From the NCBI RefSeq assembly GCF_009914755.1, contig NC_060925.1: DNA of 64,000 bases. One strand, written 5' to 3'. The notes beneath the pieces were generated by a model. It worked only from the letters and a program-made list of their open reading frames with translations, did no database searches and was not told the origin of the DNA. Source of the DNA: the human T2T-CHM13v2.0 reference genome, Homo sapiens. Made by a program: the position numbers and the translations under genes. Below are positions 58,680 to 64,000 of the stretch, piece after piece; positions within the stretch are counted from its first letter, which is position 1; every line of letters begins with the position of its first letter.

Positions 58680-58962
58680 GATTTTTATTTATAGGCAGAG
58701 TCACTCTGTGGCCCAGGCTAGAGTGGCATGGTGCAATCTTGGCTCACTGCAACCTCCACCTCCCAGATTCTCATGCCTCAGCCTCCCAAGTAGCTGGGAT
58801 TACAGGCATGCACCATCATGCCTGGCTAATTTTTGTATTTTTAGTAGAGATGTGGCTTCACCATGTTGGCCAGGCTGTTCTCAAACTCCTGGCCTCAGGG
58901 GATCCACCTGCCTCAGCCTCCCAAAGTACTAGGATTACAGATGTGAGCCACCGTGCCCAGCC
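58680..58962 (-). mobile_element. AluS
   Basis: TSD tcactcctg..tattatt. Confidence 0.9.
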
Positions 58963-59575
58963 TCACTCCTGAGTATTATTAATTAGAGATTTTAGATTGA
59001 TCGCACAATCAAGATGTTTGTTTTTTGTTTTTGCCACACTGTATTATTTCTATTTTTTACCCTTGCGATTAATAAACGACCTGTGTGAAGACACTTTGAA
59101 ACCATACGAATATCCTTCTTTTTATCAGACTTTACTCTCTAGCTATACAAATTACTTGCGCCTGAGTAAATCTTAACTAAACTGTAGCAAAATGGTGATT
59201 TTCCAACTCTGCCATTCCCATCCACAATTGTCATTTAGCTTTCTATGAATGTAAGGAAGCAGCTGTCCCTTCTCTGTTATTTTATTACCACTACGGATTC
59301 GTGGATTTCTATTTCATTCAGCAGATTATAATCCATTACTACCATTATTTAGATGCCCAAATTTTCCCAAATTTAGTTAGTAGGTACTGCTTCAAGATTG
59401 TTCTTCTGTCTTTTTGATATGTTCCCATCATTTTTTGAATTATTCCATAATTACTGATATGTAGCATCATTTTTAACAGTTGAAAGAATATGCATTGTAT
59501 TAATATCTATGTATCATAATGCATTTAACTATTTCCTTACTCGGGATTTTATAAAAATTAATTGATTAATTAATT

Positions 59576-59812
59576 ATTTTGAGACAAGGTCTTGCTTTGT
59601 CACCCAGTCTGGAATGCAGTGGCTTGATGCGGCTCACTGCACGCATGACTTTCTGGGCTCAGGATATCCTTGCGCCTCAACCCCCAGAGTAGCTGGCTCT
59701 ACAGGCATGCGCCATCATGCCCAGCTAATTTTTGTATTTTTTGTAGAGATGGGGTTTTATTATGTTGCCCAGGCTGGTCTCTAACTCCTGGGCGTGAGCC
59801 ACTGCACCCAGC
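59576..59812 (-). mobile_element. AluJ with an internal deletion
   Basis: Reverse J dimer missing part of the left arm. Confidence 0.85.
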
Positions 59813-60030
59813 CATAAGCTTGGAGTTTCAAATTGCGGGTTTTAAAAAACAATGTTGGGTGAATATCCTGGTAGCTGAATGTTTATACAAAACCGAAATT
59901 ATTTACTTGGCATAATAAATTTCTAGAAGTGGGTTTATTAAGTTTCACTAGAAAAAATTCTACCTGTGTACATGTAGCAGTATATAAGAATGCCCATTCG
60001 GCATTCCCTTATTTTGGGTAGAATTTTAAT

Positions 60031-60205
60031 CAGTCTAGGGCCTTAATCTTTGGTTCCCAGACCAGCAATATCAACATTACCTAGGCGAGCCTATTAGAAA
60101 TGCAGACTCTTATACCCCATTCCAGACCTTCCGAGTCAGAATCTGCATTTTAACAAGCTCCCAGGGTAATCTGTCAGCACATCAAAGTCTGAGAAGCAAT
60201 ATTCT
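60031..60205. mobile_element. MER5A (hAT-Charlie MITE); a second MER5-like copy at ~60810-60985
   Basis: ttagaaatgcagactc...gagtcagaatctgcattttaacaag...aaagtctgagaagca. Confidence 0.82.
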
Positions 60206-60338
60206 AAAGTAATTTATACAGGAGTCACAGAATGAATTGGTCTTAAATCTAGCCAAGGTAAGGCCAGGAAGCCCATACTGGCATTTGTTAATAAAAGGTG
60301 AAAGTGACAAAGAATTAAAGTTGGCTTTGTAAAAAGTG

Positions 60339-60653
<315 letters not shown>

Positions 60654-61058
60654 CTAAATAAGCTTTTTTGGGAGACAGGCAAATGCAGATCAGCACAGAG
60701 CACTGACACATTTTCTCCCAGAACATAAGACGTGATACTATTATCTCTCCAGCTTCATCATCACTCACTCCATCCCAAACGCTCTATGCTTTTGCCTATT
60801 GTTTATCTAGTGATCTAAGAAAAACCTGAATTTGAATCACTTGCAGAATGTGTTACAGTGTATACTCCCAAGCCCACTTCTAGAGAATCTGTTTCAGTAG
60901 GGTCTGATATTATAACCAAGAATCAGAATTTTAACATGCACATCCGGTAATTCTAATCCCCTAAAGTTTGAGAACTACTACAACACTATACTTCCCAGAA
61001 CATATCTGGAATGTATTGTTTAAGCAATGCTTTATTTGCTATAAAAAAATATTCCCAA

Positions 61059-61232
61059 GCCAGGTATGGTGGCGCACACCTGCAGTCCAGCTACTCAGGA
61101 GGCTGAGACAGGAAGATCGCTTGAGCCCAGGAGTTCAAGGCTGCAGTGAGCTATGATCATGCCACTGCACTCCAGACTGGGTGACAGAGCAAGACCCTGT
61201 CTCTAAAATAATAATAATAATAATAATAATAA
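61059..61232 (+). mobile_element. FRAM/Alu right monomer with (TAA)n tail
   Basis: Single monomer. Confidence 0.85.
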
Positions 61233-61622
61233 TCCCATTTTTATAAAGACCTTCAACCAGAATTCACTTTTTTGTTATTTTTGCTGTTAGTTCATTAAAC
61301 AAGTCTAGGAATTCTAATTATTTTTTAGCATTCTCTAGTTCTGACCAAGTTGCTGAGGATGGAGAGAATGAATCCTATTTGAACTGTTATTCCTTATTCT
61401 GGAGACTGCCTTTTTGGACCAATCCAAATTCATTTCAGATGATACTTCAACTTTTTCTTTTCTGTCAATATATTTTGGTGAAAGAAATTCATACTGTGGA
61501 AAGAAACATTTTCCATTAAAAAATTATAATGTTAAACTGTATTACTCTCATATAAAATATATGAAAGAAGTTATATAAAAATTATTCTGATTTTAAAACA
61601 CAAATAACTTTTTTTAATGTAG

Positions 61623-61659
61623 GAGGAGCAAAGAAAAAAGGAAGCAGCACATATAAAAG
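61623..61659 (+). CDS. C1orf185: C1orf185 coding exon 4 (EEQRKKEAAHIK + first base of A)
   Basis: Acceptor ttttttaatgtag|G and donor AAG|gtattt; 37 nt, needed to put exon 5 in its long open frame. Confidence 0.9.
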
Positions 61660-61987
61660 GTATTTTTTCTCAATAATTTATTAGAAGAAATCTTAATGAA
61701 CTTTAGCAATTCACATCTTGAGAAATCAAGAGGCTATCCTAAATGTCATCTAAATATCTTAATGGTATGAAACTGTAAGGGAAACATTAATTTATTAGTA
61801 TGTAAAAGGGCATAAATTTTTTAGAAAAAACAAAACTTGCAATATCGTATCTTAAACTAAAATGTGAAGTTTTAATTTTTATCTCTTATTTGTACTCAAA
61901 GGTATCATAGTCAATGTCATATAGTAATGCTTGAGGATAAAAAGATGTTGCATATTACATCTTAGTACCTCAAAACATTACCTCTTA

Positions 61988-62372
<385 letters not shown>

Positions 62373-63331
62373 TTAGTATGTTTGCAAGAATGGCCTTATA
62401 CATAAATTTTTTAAAAAGAAAAGTTAATATGTAAAATGTTATAAAAGGTATTATAGAATATTGTATAGATATTATATTTTCTAAAACAGCATATTTTAAT
62501 GGCAAATGTGCAGCCTAAATACTATAATGGGAAAAGCATGAGACAAACTAATGAAAATCTAGGTGGCTAAAATCTATTTTGTATCTGATCTGTAATGGGT
62601 CATTTATCTAAGTCTGTTTATTATTTTCGTGAAGTGGTGCTAATAGTAACTACCTTGAAGAATTATTAAGAGTATAAATAATATATAGAAGTATATCAAA
62701 ATGCTTTGTAAATTGAAAGTCTCTACAGGAAGATTTGTTACTATTATTGGTATAAAGCCAATTCATACACCCTTCCCAATGCAGACCAAGTATTTTCTAA
62801 TACATGCTTAAGGAGGCATGTACTTTTCTTTTTTGATGTTTAGTTGTCCTTATTTTAAAGTGAAACAAATTAGTTATAAAATCCTTTGCTCCAAGTAGAA
62901 ACTATGTATATTACAAATGTTTTTTGCTTGGTTTTGAGTTTTAAAGATTACTGTAGTAGTTATTTCTAATATCATAAATAATTATTTCTCAGAAAGTTGA
63001 ATTTGTAATGCAATATTTACACAAATTGAATAAGTGAAAAATGATAGTTTATTAATTATACCAGTATTGTTAAAATTTATTTTTAAAATAAGGCAATCAG
63101 TCTTTTCTGATTTTAAGGAACATTTTGAAACATTTCTAGCCTAATTAGTCTTTTTCTGTTTAAGCAGGTTGATTTCATTTAGAATAGTCTTTTCTATTCT
63201 TGATTATCATGAAAATATTGCTAATTCCTAATTACATATAACACTGTGTGGATGATAGCAACTCAGAATTTCTTTATAGCATTATCCTGCCCATTCTGAC
63301 ATTGTCCTTATAATTAAGAGTTGGCTTGTGA

Positions 63332-63670
<339 letters not shown>

Positions 63671-63956
63671 CCATCAAAAAGATGACTACATTAAGGGAAA
63701 ATGTTCATGAAGAAACACAGAGGTTGAAATATAAAACCTTCAACATAATACTGAATGACTTTTTTCTTTTGAAACCTTGTATACAATCAGCTTCTGAGTC
63801 TCTTAACATGTCCATGCTAATATTGCTTTTTTTGTTCTTTACCATAGAGCGGCTCTACTTCCCTTGCTGGTTCTTATTTCTAGAAACAAAATTAGGAAGA
63901 ACTAGAGTGATGTCATGAACATTAAGCTTAACTTATTGTATCTCATCCAAAGACAT

Positions 63957-63966
63957 ATTAAATAAA
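63957..63966 (+). terminator. Polyadenylation signal (overlapping ATTAAA/AATAAA) of C1orf185
   Basis: attaaataaa about 290 nt after the stop codon. Confidence 0.7.
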
Positions 63967-64000
63967 ATGAGTGTATGTCAACAAACGGGAGAAAAACATT

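Overview
Primate (almost certainly human) genomic DNA. It is AT-rich and dominated by interspersed repeats: about 50 Alu copies or fragments, many L1 fragments including a near-full-length L1PA-type copy, MaLR and ERV1-type LTRs, L2, MIR and MER5. One complete five-coding-exon gene can be assembled on the + strand (18123-18138, 28365-28470, 34567-34702, 61623-61659, 63366-63670). The exons total 600 nt, i.e. 199 aa plus stop, all introns are GT-AG, and a polyA signal follows at 63961. I recognise the product [41 protein letters not shown]...VLNDTL as C1orf185, an uncharacterised single-pass membrane protein. The most notable observation is that its start codon, first splice donor and probable proximal promoter (CRE-like TGACATCA, inverted CCAAT) lie inside an ancient antisense MLT1J-like MaLR LTR. 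Other points of interest are a FLAM/Y1-RNA chimeric retro-insertion sharing one TSD, a 1.4-kb block of older genomic sequence inside a younger L1 ORF1, a fold-back templated inversion in an L1 ORF1, and several local duplications and mosaic Alus. No prokaryote-type system (CRISPR, operon) is present, and I see no clear wholly new biological system. Repeat boundaries and subfamily names were assigned by eye and are approximate; exon coordinates were counted exactly.
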